Shown: positions 1 to 10,986, counted from the first letter of the stretch. The stretch is 64,000 bases of DNA from Chamaesiphon sp. (GCA_965246715.1 CBDFFH010000002.1:64001-128000), one strand, 5' to 3'. The notes: generated by a model from the letters alone, not told the origin. Numbers and translations are program-made.

Positions 1-183
1 ACAGATACCTAGTAACTGATAACATTTGTCCAGATTCATTGTCGCTGCAATCGTGTATCTACTCAAGGGGTAAAATGTGATTTCGAGTCTTACTTCCTAT
101 AGTGTTCCCTAGTCTGACGATCGAGTTGCCGCCAGACAACAACTTGTGTTGGCGAAGCCGCCACGATCCGGAAATTGCAGCGA

Positions 184-858
184 TTAAGCGATCTGCTTGA
201 CGGTCGATCGCTCCACATCATATGTAGCACAGATAATTTTGAGTTTTCCTATTTCGATAAATTGGCTTAGTAGGGGAGCCGTTTTGAGTCTGTCGAGTCG
301 AGCGCGTTGGTAAGTGACAGGTTCGATGTGAAGGCGCTCGCAGATCAGCAACCGAGGATGATGTCTGGTTGCTAATTCGATTTGTCTACCACGAGCGGCG
401 GTTGCCACCTCTTCGTTAGCTACAGTTGAATCGCTCCCTTCATCCAAAATCACGATCGCTTTTACACCCAAAAAGAGTACCGCATATTCGAGCGCACTAA
501 TCTCCTGCAAGCTTGGAAACTGCTGTGAAGAGTCGATCGCAAATATTTCACTAAATTTGTGTCCGAAGATATTTTCGATCGCTGTAGGCAATCGAGCGTA
601 ATTTAAGATGGCGACAGATGGTGTTTTGCCTTGGGCGGCTGCCGAGAGCGAAAGTGAGTTGTACTCGATATTTTGAGCGCGCATCTCAACAAATTGCTGA
701 TTTCCGCTGAGCAATAATTCGATGATTCGCTCTGGAGTATCGTCCGCACGAATATCCAAATTACTATAACTGCTTCTCCGGAGGAGATTTCCGCCAACGA
801 CCTTGGGATCGAGTAACTTTGGTCTGGTTAATCTGAAATTAGGGTTCGAGGTCAACAT
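184..858 (-). CDS. Beta-carbonic anhydrase-like protein, catalytic motifs degenerate
   Basis: Keeps the beta-CA scaffold (LLSGNQQFV, GKTPSVAIL, SALEYAVLFLGVKAIVIL, GKLKIICATYDV) but has no CxDxR or HxxC motif. Confidence 0.7.
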   Translation of the reverse strand: MLTSNPNFRLTRPKLLDPKVVGGNLLRRSSYSNLDIRADDTPERIIELLLSGNQQFVEMRAQNIEYNSLSLSAAAQGKTPSVAILNYARLPTAIENIFGHKFSEIFAIDSSQQFPSLQEISALEYAVLFLGVKAIVILDEGSDSTVANEEVATAARGRQIELATRHHPRLLICERLHIEPVTYQRARLDRLKTAPLLSQFIEIGKLKIICATYDVERSTVKQIA

Positions 859-1274
859 CTAGAATATTTTCGCTCGGATTCAATTTAAATATATTGTGGG
901 GCAATCACTCAGCGCTAGCAGCTAGATCGATCGGAGATCGAGCGCAGTTGAGTTAATGCTACATGCCACAAGTTTAGTGGAACGATCTCTCGATGGCTTC
1001 TGCTAAAAATCGGATCTTCGAGCGATATTCAGCGATTTATTCGGCAATTATCATTAGATTGGCATCGTTAGTGTAACATTTCAACTATGAAGTTGCTTTG
1101 TATGACACGATAAGCTGCTCGAGTCTGCTTCGATCGAGTCTGGGCAATTGCGATCGATACAAACACAGCCCCATTCGTTAAGAACAGGGCTGATGGTTTT
1201 AGCTGGGGCGCGCCGCAGGCAATTAATTACCAGTTATCGCTGAGTTATGGCAATTTGCTTAACCAGAACTGACG

Positions 1275-2738
1275 TTATTTGATTCTTTCTAGCTTCCGCA
1301 TCACTGACTCATAGCCAGCTAGATTGTTTTGTGCCTGAAATAATTTTGCTGCCATTTTTAAATCCTGGGTCGCAGCAGGGTTAGCTTTGAGTTCGGCGTT
1401 GAGTAGCCCGCGATTGCTGTAAGCAAGGGCATAGTTGGGTTGCAAGCGGATTGCCGCATTGTAGTCCGCGATCGCTTTTGGATACTGACGTAGCTGAGCT
1501 TGGCTGACACCACGATTGAAATACAATTCGGCATTATTGGGATCGAGTGCGATCCCCCGATCGTAATCATCGATCGCTTTTTGATAGTCGCGATCGACAT
1601 AATACACAATGCCGCGATTGAGATAGACAAGCGCATAACCAGGTTTAAGACGGATTGCGGAACTATAATCGGCAATTGCCGCCGCGCGTTCGCCCATTGT
1701 AAAGTGCAAGATACCACGATTGTTGTAGGCTTCGACAAACTGCGGATTGAGGGCGATCGCTTTAGTATAGTCCGCGATCGCTTTGGCGCGTTCTCCAGCC
1801 TGGGCAAACATTACCGCTCGATTGAAATAAGCAGTGGCATCATTAGGATTGAGTTGAATGACCCGATCGTAGTCGCCAATCGCGCCCGCACGATCTCCGA
1901 GTGTGTTTTTAGCCCCCGCACGGTTGAAATAGGCATTGGGATTGGTAGTCTTAAGGCTAATCGCTCGATCGTAATCGGCGAGCGCGCCGCGATCGTCTCC
2001 CAGTGCGCTCTTTGCTTTGCCTCGGCCATAATAGGCATTGGCATAAGAGCGATCGAGCTGAATCGCTTTATTATAATCAGCGAGCGCACCTTGTTTGTCA
2101 CCGAGATCGAGCTTGATTAAGCCACGATCGTAATAAGCTTCGGCACTTTGCGAATTGAGTTGGATTGCTTTGTTATAGCTAGCGAGCGCTCCTTGTTTAT
2201 CTCCGGCTTGAGCCAATATTACCCCTCTGCTAAGTGCCAATTGCGGATCGTTAGGTTTGAGCTGGCTGGCGATTTGGAGGTCGGCTGCGGCACCAGTTTT
2301 GTCACCACTATTCAATCGTGCAAAACCGCGATTGGCATATGCTTCAAAATATTTAGGCTCGATTGCGATCGCGCGGGTGTAGTCGGCAATAGCACCAGCA
2401 GTATCGCCCATTGCGCCTTTGATGATGCCGCGATTGTTATAAGCATCGACAAAATTTGGTTGTAATTTAATCGCGCGATCGAGATCGGCAAGTGCGTTCT
2501 GTCGATCTTGCTGGCGATAGTGCAGCATTCCTCTGGCAAAGTAATCTCTAGCTGATTTTGGCTCGGGGGCAGTTTTGCTAGGTAGAGCGGTTTGGATTTG
2601 TTTCGGTTGACTCTCGATCGCCATGACTCGCTCGGTCTGTCCGCTAGAGCCGATCGCCACCATAAAACTTAGCATCAGTAGTGGCATTTTAGACACCCAC
2701 TGTAGCTCGATCGGTTGGTGTTGATGTTTAATTTTCAT
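1275..2738 (-). CDS. Tetratricopeptide repeat protein with N-terminal signal/anchor
   Basis: About 12 tandem 34-aa repeats (AYxNRG...GAIADYxRAIxLxP). Confidence 0.92.
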   Translation of the reverse strand: MKIKHQHQPIELQWVSKMPLLMLSFMVAIGSSGQTERVMAIESQPKQIQTALPSKTAPEPKSARDYFARGMLHYRQQDRQNALADLDRAIKLQPNFVDAYNNRGIIKGAMGDTAGAIADYTRAIAIEPKYFEAYANRGFARLNSGDKTGAAADLQIASQLKPNDPQLALSRGVILAQAGDKQGALASYNKAIQLNSQSAEAYYDRGLIKLDLGDKQGALADYNKAIQLDRSYANAYYGRGKAKSALGDDRGALADYDRAISLKTTNPNAYFNRAGAKNTLGDRAGAIGDYDRVIQLNPNDATAYFNRAVMFAQAGERAKAIADYTKAIALNPQFVEAYNNRGILHFTMGERAAAIADYSSAIRLKPGYALVYLNRGIVYYVDRDYQKAIDDYDRGIALDPNNAELYFNRGVSQAQLRQYPKAIADYNAAIRLQPNYALAYSNRGLLNAELKANPAATQDLKMAAKLFQAQNNLAGYESVMRKLERIK

Positions 2739-3149
2739 TATTTAAGATAAAATTTGCCGCCGCTCGATTAGCTCGTAAGATTATGTACTTTTTTGCTAGC
2801 TCGATCGGCAGTATTTATATATTGCTGTTGACATCAATATGTTAACAAATCTCTCAACTGTTCGAGATCGATCGCGCCAGAATATCGACGAACAAAAAAA
2901 TATCGACAAGTCGAAACCCGCCGATTGTCTAGCTTTTGTCGATCGATCCCAATGTATTTAATAATTACAACGATCGAGTGATGCAAAACTTACAGTTTTA
3001 TGATATGCGATCGGAACATAGGCATACTTAAAACGATATTGTGATATTTAATACCGATCGACATTAATAAATTCATCTGTAGAATTAGTCGATTCACCTA
3101 CGATCTACCAGCAGAAAATCAACAGATTTAAGCCGATCTTGCGATTTTT

Positions 3150-3282
3150 GGCGTTGCTGAGTTAATGTATGAAACGCACAAACAATTTTTGTAGGGGTAA
3201 TGCCTCGTGCTTACCCCGCATCGATTCAGGGTACCCACAAGGGTCACCCCTACAACAAATCATACCCATATTCAGCAACGCC
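3150..3282. repeat. MITE-like element with TIRs, carrying an internal GTAG-type REP doublet
   Basis: Ends GGCGTTGCTGA...TCAGCAACGCC; internal GTAGGGGTAA...CACCCCTAC (3191-3253). Confidence 0.75.
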
Positions 3283-3288
3283 CGATTT

Positions 3289-4767
3289 TTAATACTGCTC
3301 GATGCCCACAAATTTTTGGGCAGAATTACCCGACTCACCACAAGTACGTGGCGTAGGAATAATCTTGCCAGGATTGGCTAATTCCTTGGGATTAAATACT
3401 TGTCTGACCCATTGCATTGTCTCTAGATCTGTGTCGGTAAACATCTCAGACATATAGCAGCGCTTATCCGCGCCAATTCCATGTTCGCCAGAAATACTCC
3501 CGCCAACCTTGACACAGAGTTTGAGAATTTCCCCACCCAAAGCTTCGACATGTTCCAGCGCGCCAGCAACTGAGTTATCGTACAAAATCAATGGGTGCAA
3601 ATTGCCATCACCAGCATGAAACACATTTGCGACATAATAGCCATATTTCTCGCCCAGCTTCGCAATTTCTTGGAGTACGTAAGACAACTGCGTGCGGGGG
3701 ATGACACCATCTTGAACGTAATAATCGGGACTGATTTTACCCATCGCCGCAAAGGCGGCTTTCCGCCCCTTCCACAGCCGCAAGCGTTGTTCGGGTTCCG
3801 TAGCCGTAGTCACATCTCTGGCACCATTAAGACGGCAAATATCGGCAATTAGTGCTTGATTTGTGGCTACTTCGACTGATGAGCCATCGATTTCCACGAG
3901 CAGGATCGCGGCAGCATCACGGGGATAGCATTGAGTTGCCACTACATCCTCCACCGCATTGATGCTAAAGTTATCCATCATCTCGATGCCAGCGGGGATA
4001 ATTCCGGCTCCGATAATACCCGAGACCGCACTCCCGGCCGCTTCGACACTCTCAAAATCTGCCAACATCACACAGATCGATTCGGGAGTTTTGAGCAGTT
4101 TGAGCGTAACTTCTGTCGCAATCCCGAGGGTTCCTTCCGAGCCGACAAATAGCCCCGTTAAATCGTATCCCGGCATTTCCCCTACCTCACCGCCGACATC
4201 GACGATTTCCCCACTGGGAATTACTAGCTTCAACCCGAGCACATGGTTGGTAGTCACCCCATATTTAAGACAGTGAACGCCGCCCGAATTTTCGGCAATA
4301 TTACCGCCGATCGAACAGATAATCTGACTGGACGGATCTGGCGCATAATAAAATCCCGCACCACTGACAGCCTGAGTCACCCAATTATTAATTACTCCCG
4401 GCTGTACCACTACTTGGCGATTCTCGAGATCTACTTTGAGGATCTGATTCATCAACGCCGTCACGATTAAGACACAATTTTCGACGGGCAACGCGCCACC
4501 CGATAAACCAGTACCCGCACCCCGCGCGATCCAGGCAATATGGAGATCGTCGCAAATTTTGACGATCGCGGCAATCTGTTCGGTAGTCTTCGGCAAAATC
4601 ACTAGCGCGGGACGTTGGCGATAACTCGTCAACCCGTCGCACTCATAAGTAATTAGTTCTTCCCGTCGCTGAATGATGCCTTTTTTACCGACGACTGCAA
4701 TCATTTGTGCAATAATCGGGTTCCAGTCACGATCTGTAGATTGAATTTTGCTATCTGCTACGAGCAT
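3289..4767 (-). CDS. glcD: Glycolate oxidase/dehydrogenase FAD-linked subunit GlcD
   Basis: ARGAGTGLSGG, YAPDPSSQ, GGVHCLKYGVT, FHAGDGNLHP and SGEHGIG motifs; start taken at ATG 4767 (alternative 4788). Confidence 0.9.
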   Translation of the reverse strand: MLVADSKIQSTDRDWNPIIAQMIAVVGKKGIIQRREELITYECDGLTSYRQRPALVILPKTTEQIAAIVKICDDLHIAWIARGAGTGLSGGALPVENCVLIVTALMNQILKVDLENRQVVVQPGVINNWVTQAVSGAGFYYAPDPSSQIICSIGGNIAENSGGVHCLKYGVTTNHVLGLKLVIPSGEIVDVGGEVGEMPGYDLTGLFVGSEGTLGIATEVTLKLLKTPESICVMLADFESVEAAGSAVSGIIGAGIIPAGIEMMDNFSINAVEDVVATQCYPRDAAAILLVEIDGSSVEVATNQALIADICRLNGARDVTTATEPEQRLRLWKGRKAAFAAMGKISPDYYVQDGVIPRTQLSYVLQEIAKLGEKYGYYVANVFHAGDGNLHPLILYDNSVAGALEHVEALGGEILKLCVKVGGSISGEHGIGADKRCYMSEMFTDTDLETMQWVRQVFNPKELANPGKIIPTPRTCGESGNSAQKFVGIEQY

Positions 4768-4931
4768 ATGTCTCCAAAAGCGGGGCATTTACTGGATGTG
4801 GGTAACATCACTTTAACAAAAATATCCATAATTCAGAATCCATAATATATAATTCATAACTCCTTAATCTGTTCATTACCAAGACTTTACCTTTACCGAG
4901 TAGATTGAGGTTAGATTTTGGAGCAAGGCTT

Positions 4932-5573
4932 ATGATGTCGATCGTTCAAAGTGTAGAGCGGGATTACGCACAACAACAGGATCGCTCCTCTGTCCTCAAT
5001 AAGCGGTTGTATTTTCATACTAAGGGTGATGAGATTCCGTTGTTTCCAGAAGGAGTCTGGCAAGTAACTCAAGGCTTGGTGCAACTGAGTGCCAACTATG
5101 AGGATGGCGAACAAGTATTATTTGGTTGGGCCGATACTGGGGCTTGGTTTGGGACTCATGGCTCGGATACTCTAGACTATCAAGCGATCGCGTTATCGCC
5201 TGTCTATCTGCGGTGGCTGCGGTTGGACGAAATTGAGGGGTCGATGCGGCTCTCTCAGCTATTGTTACCCCAATTATCCAGACGGATGCGTCAAGCTGAA
5301 CTGCTGCTAATTATCAACGGTCGTCGCCATACGATCGAACGCTTGAAAGGTTTATTATCGTTGCTCAGAAACGAGCTAGGCGAATCGAACCCTAATGCTC
5401 AAACGCGCATCAAATATAAGTTTACGCATCAACAACTAGCTAGTGCGATCGGAACGACACGGGTGACTGTCAGCCGGATGATGGCTCATTTTCAAGCCAA
5501 AGGCTACATCACACTCGATCGGCACCGTCATCTCATTCTAGATGATAGCTATTTTGGGAACATCGGCAACTAA
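4932..5573 (+). CDS. Crp/Fnr-family transcriptional regulator (cyanobacterial CysR-like)
   Basis: C-terminal HTH FTHQQLASAIGTTRVTVSR preceded by a cNMP-binding-like domain; ATG 4932 preferred over TTG 4905. Confidence 0.85.
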   Translation: MMSIVQSVERDYAQQQDRSSVLNKRLYFHTKGDEIPLFPEGVWQVTQGLVQLSANYEDGEQVLFGWADTGAWFGTHGSDTLDYQAIALSPVYLRWLRLDEIEGSMRLSQLLLPQLSRRMRQAELLLIINGRRHTIERLKGLLSLLRNELGESNPNAQTRIKYKFTHQQLASAIGTTRVTVSRMMAHFQAKGYITLDRHRHLILDDSYFGNIGN

Positions 5574-5995
5574 ATTAGGGCGATCGAACAGCGCTGCTGC
5601 TATTTTGAGGAAGACGATCGAATTACCTGTCGATCTTGCCCCCTTGTTAGGCATTATTACCGATCGCGATAACTGATAGAGCGCCGCGATCGGTTGCCGC
5701 AAGCGGAAACAGGTTGATTTCGTGGGAGAGTGGTGCAGCGGCAATTACGAGAATATGCGTAATTATCACAATGTAGTAATTGTAAATGGTATTTTGGGAT
5801 AACTAAGTTTATAGGATAGTTCCGAGTTAGCCAACTCCGGAATTACTGATTAAATCCTGAATGCACGGAATTAGATCTCGATCGTCGATCGAGCGTATGC
5901 CTGTTTGGTAACAAGCTCCGTTAAATCGACACAAGTCGAGCTGTCATCGTGTAATTGAGGGAGAGCTTACCCAATTTATATCTACATAATATTCC

Positions 5996-7078
5996 ATGTC
6001 GATCGAAATTATGTCGCTGACCGATTCACGTTGGCAACGATACTTAAATACCGTCAAACATGATTTCTATCATCTTCCTGGTTATTTAGAATTAGAAGCA
6101 AAACGTTGTGGGGCATTAGCTGAAGCAATCTCGATCGAAGATGGCGAAAAATCCTTTTTCTTACCATACCTAGTTAGAGATTGTCATAAAATTTCGGACG
6201 GCGGTGAATTTGACCAAGCAGAAATATATGATGTAGTCTCGCCCTATGGTTATTCGGGTATGTTGCTCGGCAATTCAGATCGAGACCCCAACTTTATCAA
6301 GCAATGTTGGATGGCAACCCATCAATATTGGCGATCGCGCAAGATCTGCTCTGCTTTTTTGCGCCTGCATCCAATTTTAAATGAGGATCTCGATCTGTCG
6401 ATCGAACAGATCGATAGTAATGTTGTTTGTAATCGATCGGAAATCATCATTTGCGATTTAGATCGTTCTCTTGACGAACTGTGGCAACAGACTAGGCGCA
6501 ATCATCGAACTAAGATCGCTAAATTAAAAAAGTCAGGATTCACAGTTAGAATGGTGCCGATCGATCTTTATCTAGATAGATTTATCGATATCTACCATGA
6601 GACTATGTACAGAGTCAATGCTTCGAGTAATTATTTTTTTGAAAAAAGTTATTTTGATGCTCTAGTTAGTGCATTGGGAAATCGCATCTATCTCTGTGTC
6701 GTAGAACTAGAAGATAAAATTGCTGCTGCCATGTTAGTCACAGAATTTAGCGGGATCGTTCAGTATCATCTTGGTGGCACAAAGACAGAATTTTTGCCAC
6801 AATCGCCAAATACTATTTTGTTTAGCTATATTATCGAGTGGGGAAAAAATAGGTATAATAGGTACTTGAATTTAGGTGGTGGTCTGGGAGGACAGCAAGA
6901 TTCATTATATCACTTTAAAGCAGGATTTTCTAAGCAAACTAAAACCTTCGCCACGATTGGCTCGATCGTCGATCGCGAGCGATACGACTACTTATTAAAC
7001 TTAAGAGCCAAGGCTTTAAAAATAACTGTAGACGAACTCAAAAATTCAGCTTTTTTCCCAGCATATCGATCGAAATAA
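5996..7078 (+). CDS. GNAT/FemAB-like acyltransferase (polysaccharide-locus type)
   Basis: DVVSPYGYSG, FLRLHP, YHLGGT, LNLGGG...SLYHFKAGFS and FFPAYR motifs. Confidence 0.8.
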   Translation: MSIEIMSLTDSRWQRYLNTVKHDFYHLPGYLELEAKRCGALAEAISIEDGEKSFFLPYLVRDCHKISDGGEFDQAEIYDVVSPYGYSGMLLGNSDRDPNFIKQCWMATHQYWRSRKICSAFLRLHPILNEDLDLSIEQIDSNVVCNRSEIIICDLDRSLDELWQQTRRNHRTKIAKLKKSGFTVRMVPIDLYLDRFIDIYHETMYRVNASSNYFFEKSYFDALVSALGNRIYLCVVELEDKIAAAMLVTEFSGIVQYHLGGTKTEFLPQSPNTILFSYIIEWGKNRYNRYLNLGGGLGGQQDSLYHFKAGFSKQTKTFATIGSIVDRERYDYLLNLRAKALKITVDELKNSAFFPAYRSK

Positions 7079-7149
7079 CTACATGCGCTCGGAATTGTTA
7101 ACTCAGGATAAAATCGAAATTTTACACTAAATTAACTGAGGTCGGTAAC

Positions 7150-7917
7150 ATGCCACAACCTAACAATAATCTAGCACTGTACGATGATGTAGAATTTGCT
7201 ACTTGGGTCGAGATTACTGAGTTGTTTCCCGAAGAGAAATATATCATCGATCGCTATCTCGATCGCGATCTGAGCGTGGTGGAAGCGGGCACTAATAGTG
7301 GCAGAATTTTATTCCAGATGCAAAAAATGGGATTCACATCGCTGTGTGGATTTGACTACATACCCAAATTAATCGATGTTGCGATCGCCAGAGATCCCCA
7401 TCGCTCGATTAAATTTGAAGTTGGTAATGCGATCGATCTTGCCTATTTGGATAGTTCGTTCGACCAAATTATTTATATTCAGCAAATGCTCTGCATGATT
7501 GACGAGGCAACCGATCGGTTGCAGGCACTACAAGAAGCATATCGTATTCTCAAACCTGGTGGCACGGGGATATTTTCGGTGCTCAGCTTTGAGGGACGTT
7601 GCGCGAAACCGCTCTACTCTGCCTTTTTTGTGTATCTCTCCACCTTGAGAAAATTACGAGGGGCAGATCTGAGCATTCAGTATCAACCCTGGCTGATGCT
7701 GGGCGGCAAATTTAATTTGGGCGCGCTCGTCGATCGACCGCCGCATGTTTATTGGTACAAATCGGCTGAAATTTGTCAGTTGCTAACCTCCGTCGGCTTT
7801 AAGATCGAAGCTGTTGCTAGTAGTAGCCAACTCAGTCAAGGAATCGTCAAAGCTGCCGAGTGCGAGCTTACCACACAAGATCTCGACGGAGTATTATACA
7901 TAGTAGTAAAAAAGTAA
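7150..7917 (+). CDS. Class I SAM-dependent methyltransferase
   Basis: Motif I-like VVEAGTNSGR, GFDY, GNAIDL...SFD, AYRILKPGG. Confidence 0.85.
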   Translation: MPQPNNNLALYDDVEFATWVEITELFPEEKYIIDRYLDRDLSVVEAGTNSGRILFQMQKMGFTSLCGFDYIPKLIDVAIARDPHRSIKFEVGNAIDLAYLDSSFDQIIYIQQMLCMIDEATDRLQALQEAYRILKPGGTGIFSVLSFEGRCAKPLYSAFFVYLSTLRKLRGADLSIQYQPWLMLGGKFNLGALVDRPPHVYWYKSAEICQLLTSVGFKIEAVASSSQLSQGIVKAAECELTTQDLDGVLYIVVKK

Positions 7918-8107
7918 CTGTTACTAATCCATCAGAAGATCGATGCAATGCCAAAATCGATCTCGGTATAATGGCGGCAACCGCTAAATATTTAGGGCTG
8001 AGCATTCTGCGTTTTTTTGCTGAATCGGTATAGCTTCACTCGATTGCGTGTTAGCGTGGATTGTATATAAATTAACACCATCTAGTATTTACTCACATTT
8101 TCTGGCA

Positions 8108-9235
8108 ATGACAAAACCAATTTTGCTCTCAACTCCACACATGGGAGATCGCGAGCTAGAGTTCGTGAATGAAGCGTTTGCAACCAACTGGATCGCACCA
8201 GTCGGGCCTCATGTCAACGCTTTCGAGGAAGAGTTCTGTCAAGCCATCGGTGCCAGTCACGCTGCTGCGGTCAGCTCGGGTACAGCAGCTTTGCATTTGG
8301 CACTGAAGTTGGTTGGTGTGGATGTTGGCGATGAAGTATTTTGTTCGACCTTAACTTTCTCCGCAAGTGCCAATCCGATCGCTTATTTGGGGGCAAAACC
8401 CGTATTTATCGATAGCGATCGAATTTCCTGGAATATGGATCCACCGCTATTGCAAGCCGCACTAGCGCAACGTGCCAAAGTTGGGAAATTACCTAAAGCG
8501 GTCGTGCTCGTGCATCTTTACGGACAGAGCGCAGATATCGATCCGATCGTCGCAGCTTGCCAACAGTATGAAGTTCCCGTAATTGAGGACGCAGCTGAGG
8601 CGTTAGGCGCAACTTATAAAGGGCGCTCGCCCGGTACCTCGGGGCAAATCGGTATTTTCTCATTCAATGGCAATAAAATTATCACTACTTCCGGCGGTGG
8701 GATGCTCGTCTCAGAAGATGCCAGCATCACGTCCAAAGCCAGATTTTTGGCTACGCAAGCCCGCGACCCCGCCCCCCACTACCAGCACTCGGAAATCGGT
8801 TATAACTACCGCATGAGCAATGTTTTGGCCGGAATCGGGCGCGGACAGCTCCTCGTACTAAAAGATCGCGTCGCCGCCAGACGACGCAATTGTGAAGTGT
8901 ATCAGCAGGCTTTGGGTAAATTACCTGGGATCGAGTTTATGCCAGAAGCGCCCTGGGGACAGGCTACGCGCTGGCTGACTTGTCTGACGATCGATCCGAC
9001 GGCATTTGGTGCCGACCGCGAAACCGTCCGCTTAGCACTAGCTGAAGCCCAAATCGAAGCTCGCCCAGTCTGGAAGCCACTCCATCTACAGCCGATTTTT
9101 GCCGATAGCGAATGCGTTGGTGGTGAAGTTGCTGAAGATTTATTCGACAAAGGGCTGTGCTTGCCTTCTGGCTCTAATCTATCTGATGAAGACTTAGATC
9201 GGGTGATTCAGGCGATTAAACGCGTTGCCAGGTAA
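8108..9235 (+). CDS. DegT/DnrJ/EryC1/StrS PLP-dependent sugar aminotransferase (PglE/EpsN-like)
   Basis: SSGTAALHLAL, IEDAAEALGA, FSFNGNKIITTSGGGM, GYNYRMSN; ATG at 8108. Confidence 0.93.
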   Translation: MTKPILLSTPHMGDRELEFVNEAFATNWIAPVGPHVNAFEEEFCQAIGASHAAAVSSGTAALHLALKLVGVDVGDEVFCSTLTFSASANPIAYLGAKPVFIDSDRISWNMDPPLLQAALAQRAKVGKLPKAVVLVHLYGQSADIDPIVAACQQYEVPVIEDAAEALGATYKGRSPGTSGQIGIFSFNGNKIITTSGGGMLVSEDASITSKARFLATQARDPAPHYQHSEIGYNYRMSNVLAGIGRGQLLVLKDRVAARRRNCEVYQQALGKLPGIEFMPEAPWGQATRWLTCLTIDPTAFGADRETVRLALAEAQIEARPVWKPLHLQPIFADSECVGGEVAEDLFDKGLCLPSGSNLSDEDLDRVIQAIKRVAR

Positions 9236-9357
9236 AATCTAGACAGCCAAGCAGCTCGATTGCCGCAGTTGCGATCGATTGCTGGATTTGACTGTAAACA
9301 GCGATCGGTCTTGACGGATAATAGAAATAAATCCACTCGATCGATCGCGATTAATTC

Positions 9358-10071
9358 ATGCGCTTTGATGTCATCACACTATTTCCCGATTTTTTTACTT
9401 CGCCACTCGGTTGTGGATTGCTGAGTAAGGCTTTAGCCAAGCAACTCGCAACGGTGAATATCACCAATCCGCGCGATTTTACTATCGATCGCCATCACAA
9501 GGTCGATGATGAGTCTTATGGTGGCGGTGTGGGGATGGTGATCAAACCAGAACCGATCTTTGCAGCAGTAGAGTCGTTGCCAGTATTGAAGCGTCGCCAG
9601 GTACTCTTGATGAGTCCTCAAGGCGAAAAGATCGATCGGGCGTTATTTGAGGAGTTACTCGCAAATTACGACCAGTTGGTGTTACTGTGCGGTCATTATG
9701 AAGGTATCGACGAGCGGGTGATGAATATTGTCGATCGGGAGATTTCTTTAGGTGATTTTGTGTTGACTTGTGGGGAAATTCCCGCATTGACATTAATTAA
9801 CGGCATTACCCGCTTGATTCCCGGTACGGTGGGTAAAGTTGAATCGCTCAAAGCTGATAGTTTTGAGGATGGATTGCTCGATTATCCCCACTATACGCGT
9901 CCGCCAGAATTTCGCGGTTGGCGCGTTCCTGATGTATTAATGTCTGGCAATCATGAAAAAATTGCCCAGTGGCGACACCAGCAACAACTCGAGCGCACTC
10001 GATCGAAACGTCCAGATTTATACGATCTATGGTTGAAAAATATCGATACTGAAAAGCCCTCTCTAGATTAG
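9358..10071 (+). CDS. trmD: tRNA (guanine37-N1)-methyltransferase
   Basis: VDDESYGGGVGM, CGHYEGIDER, SLGDFVLTCGE, YPHYTRP. Confidence 0.97.
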   Translation: MRFDVITLFPDFFTSPLGCGLLSKALAKQLATVNITNPRDFTIDRHHKVDDESYGGGVGMVIKPEPIFAAVESLPVLKRRQVLLMSPQGEKIDRALFEELLANYDQLVLLCGHYEGIDERVMNIVDREISLGDFVLTCGEIPALTLINGITRLIPGTVGKVESLKADSFEDGLLDYPHYTRPPEFRGWRVPDVLMSGNHEKIAQWRHQQQLERTRSKRPDLYDLWLKNIDTEKPSLD

Positions 10072-10119
10072 AGAAGGCTAGTTATTTCTAACTTAGATTA
10101 AGCTCGATCTTTGAGTGAT

Positions 10120-10587
10120 TTAGAATTTAAAACCAGCACCGAGTCTAACGTTGGTAGAGGAATTATTAGAACTCAACGGAACATCTAATGCCGCTTTTAG
10201 TTCGATGCTATCAGTGACACCAAAGTCAGCTCCAGCAGTAAAATAGGCTTGCGTAGTGCTATTGTTACCACCAGTAGCAACCGAGACACCACCACCAACA
10301 AAAGGCGTGATTTGGACTTTTTCACCACGAGTGGTATTGAAGTCATAGGTTAACGAAGTCCCAAAGACCGTACCGCCACTTGGGAATTCAACGAATGGAC
10401 GAAGTGATAAATTATCGCTGACACCGAATTTAGAATCGACACCAACAACTGTCTGACCGCCACCGATAAATAGTGCGGGGCCGATCGTATTTGTATTTCT
10501 ACCCAATTCTGCTTTAGCTGGCACGCTCATTCCTAGCGCAGCAACCGAGGAGCAGACCATAACTAATGCAACTAGATTCTTTTTCAC
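10120..10587 (-). CDS. Secreted small outer-membrane beta-barrel-like protein
   Basis: Signal peptide (AKA cleavage), amphipathic beta strands, PFVGGG, C-terminal GAGFKF. Confidence 0.65.
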   Translation of the reverse strand: MKKNLVALVMVCSSVAALGMSVPAKAELGRNTNTIGPALFIGGGQTVVGVDSKFGVSDNLSLRPFVEFPSGGTVFGTSLTYDFNTTRGEKVQITPFVGGGVSVATGGNNSTTQAYFTAGADFGVTDSIELKAALDVPLSSNNSSTNVRLGAGFKF

Positions 10588-10829
10588 TGTAAATTTCCCG
10601 TTTTAAGTAGCTTAGCTCGACTAACTTTTTGGTAAGCCCCTTTAGCAAAAAGTGACATTTCCAAATCTAAATAAAATTTAGAGCGAGCCGCAGGTATCGA
10701 TTTTTACCTGGTTAAGAAGCTTGACGGGAAAAGATCGCGCAAAGTTCCAGGTAAAGTTTTGCGATCGACTTAAATCAGTCGCAAACTTAAACCCAGCGGC
10801 AATTATCAAAAAAAGTGTATCGAGATAAT

Positions 10830-10986
10830 TAACCCAAGTTGCTACCTATAACCAAAGCGGTTAGAAACCGCTCCTCAGATTGCAAAGTCCGCCTTCGCGG
10901 ACTATATAAAGCAGTCCGCGAAGGCGGACTTTGCATCACTAGCCACGATTTCAATCGTAGGCTTTTCGAGGTAACAACTTTGGTTA
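10830..10986. repeat. MITE-like element (ACCCAAGTTGC TIR family) with long internal hairpin
   Basis: TIRs; TAATTA duplicated on both sides; core TGCAAAGTCCGCCTTCGCGGACT-loop-AGTCCGCGAAGGCGGACTTTGCA; near-identical copy at 51586-51742. Confidence 0.85.

Noticed and set aside
1358..2539. Several 75-206 aa alternative-frame and antisense ORFs inside the TPR gene
   Set aside because: They are shadows of a repetitive coding sequence rich in CGATCG, with no independent motifs.
4789..4931. NtcA/Crp box in the glcD-regulator divergent promoter
   Set aside because: No exact GTA-N8-TAC or TGTGA-N6-TCACA match seen.
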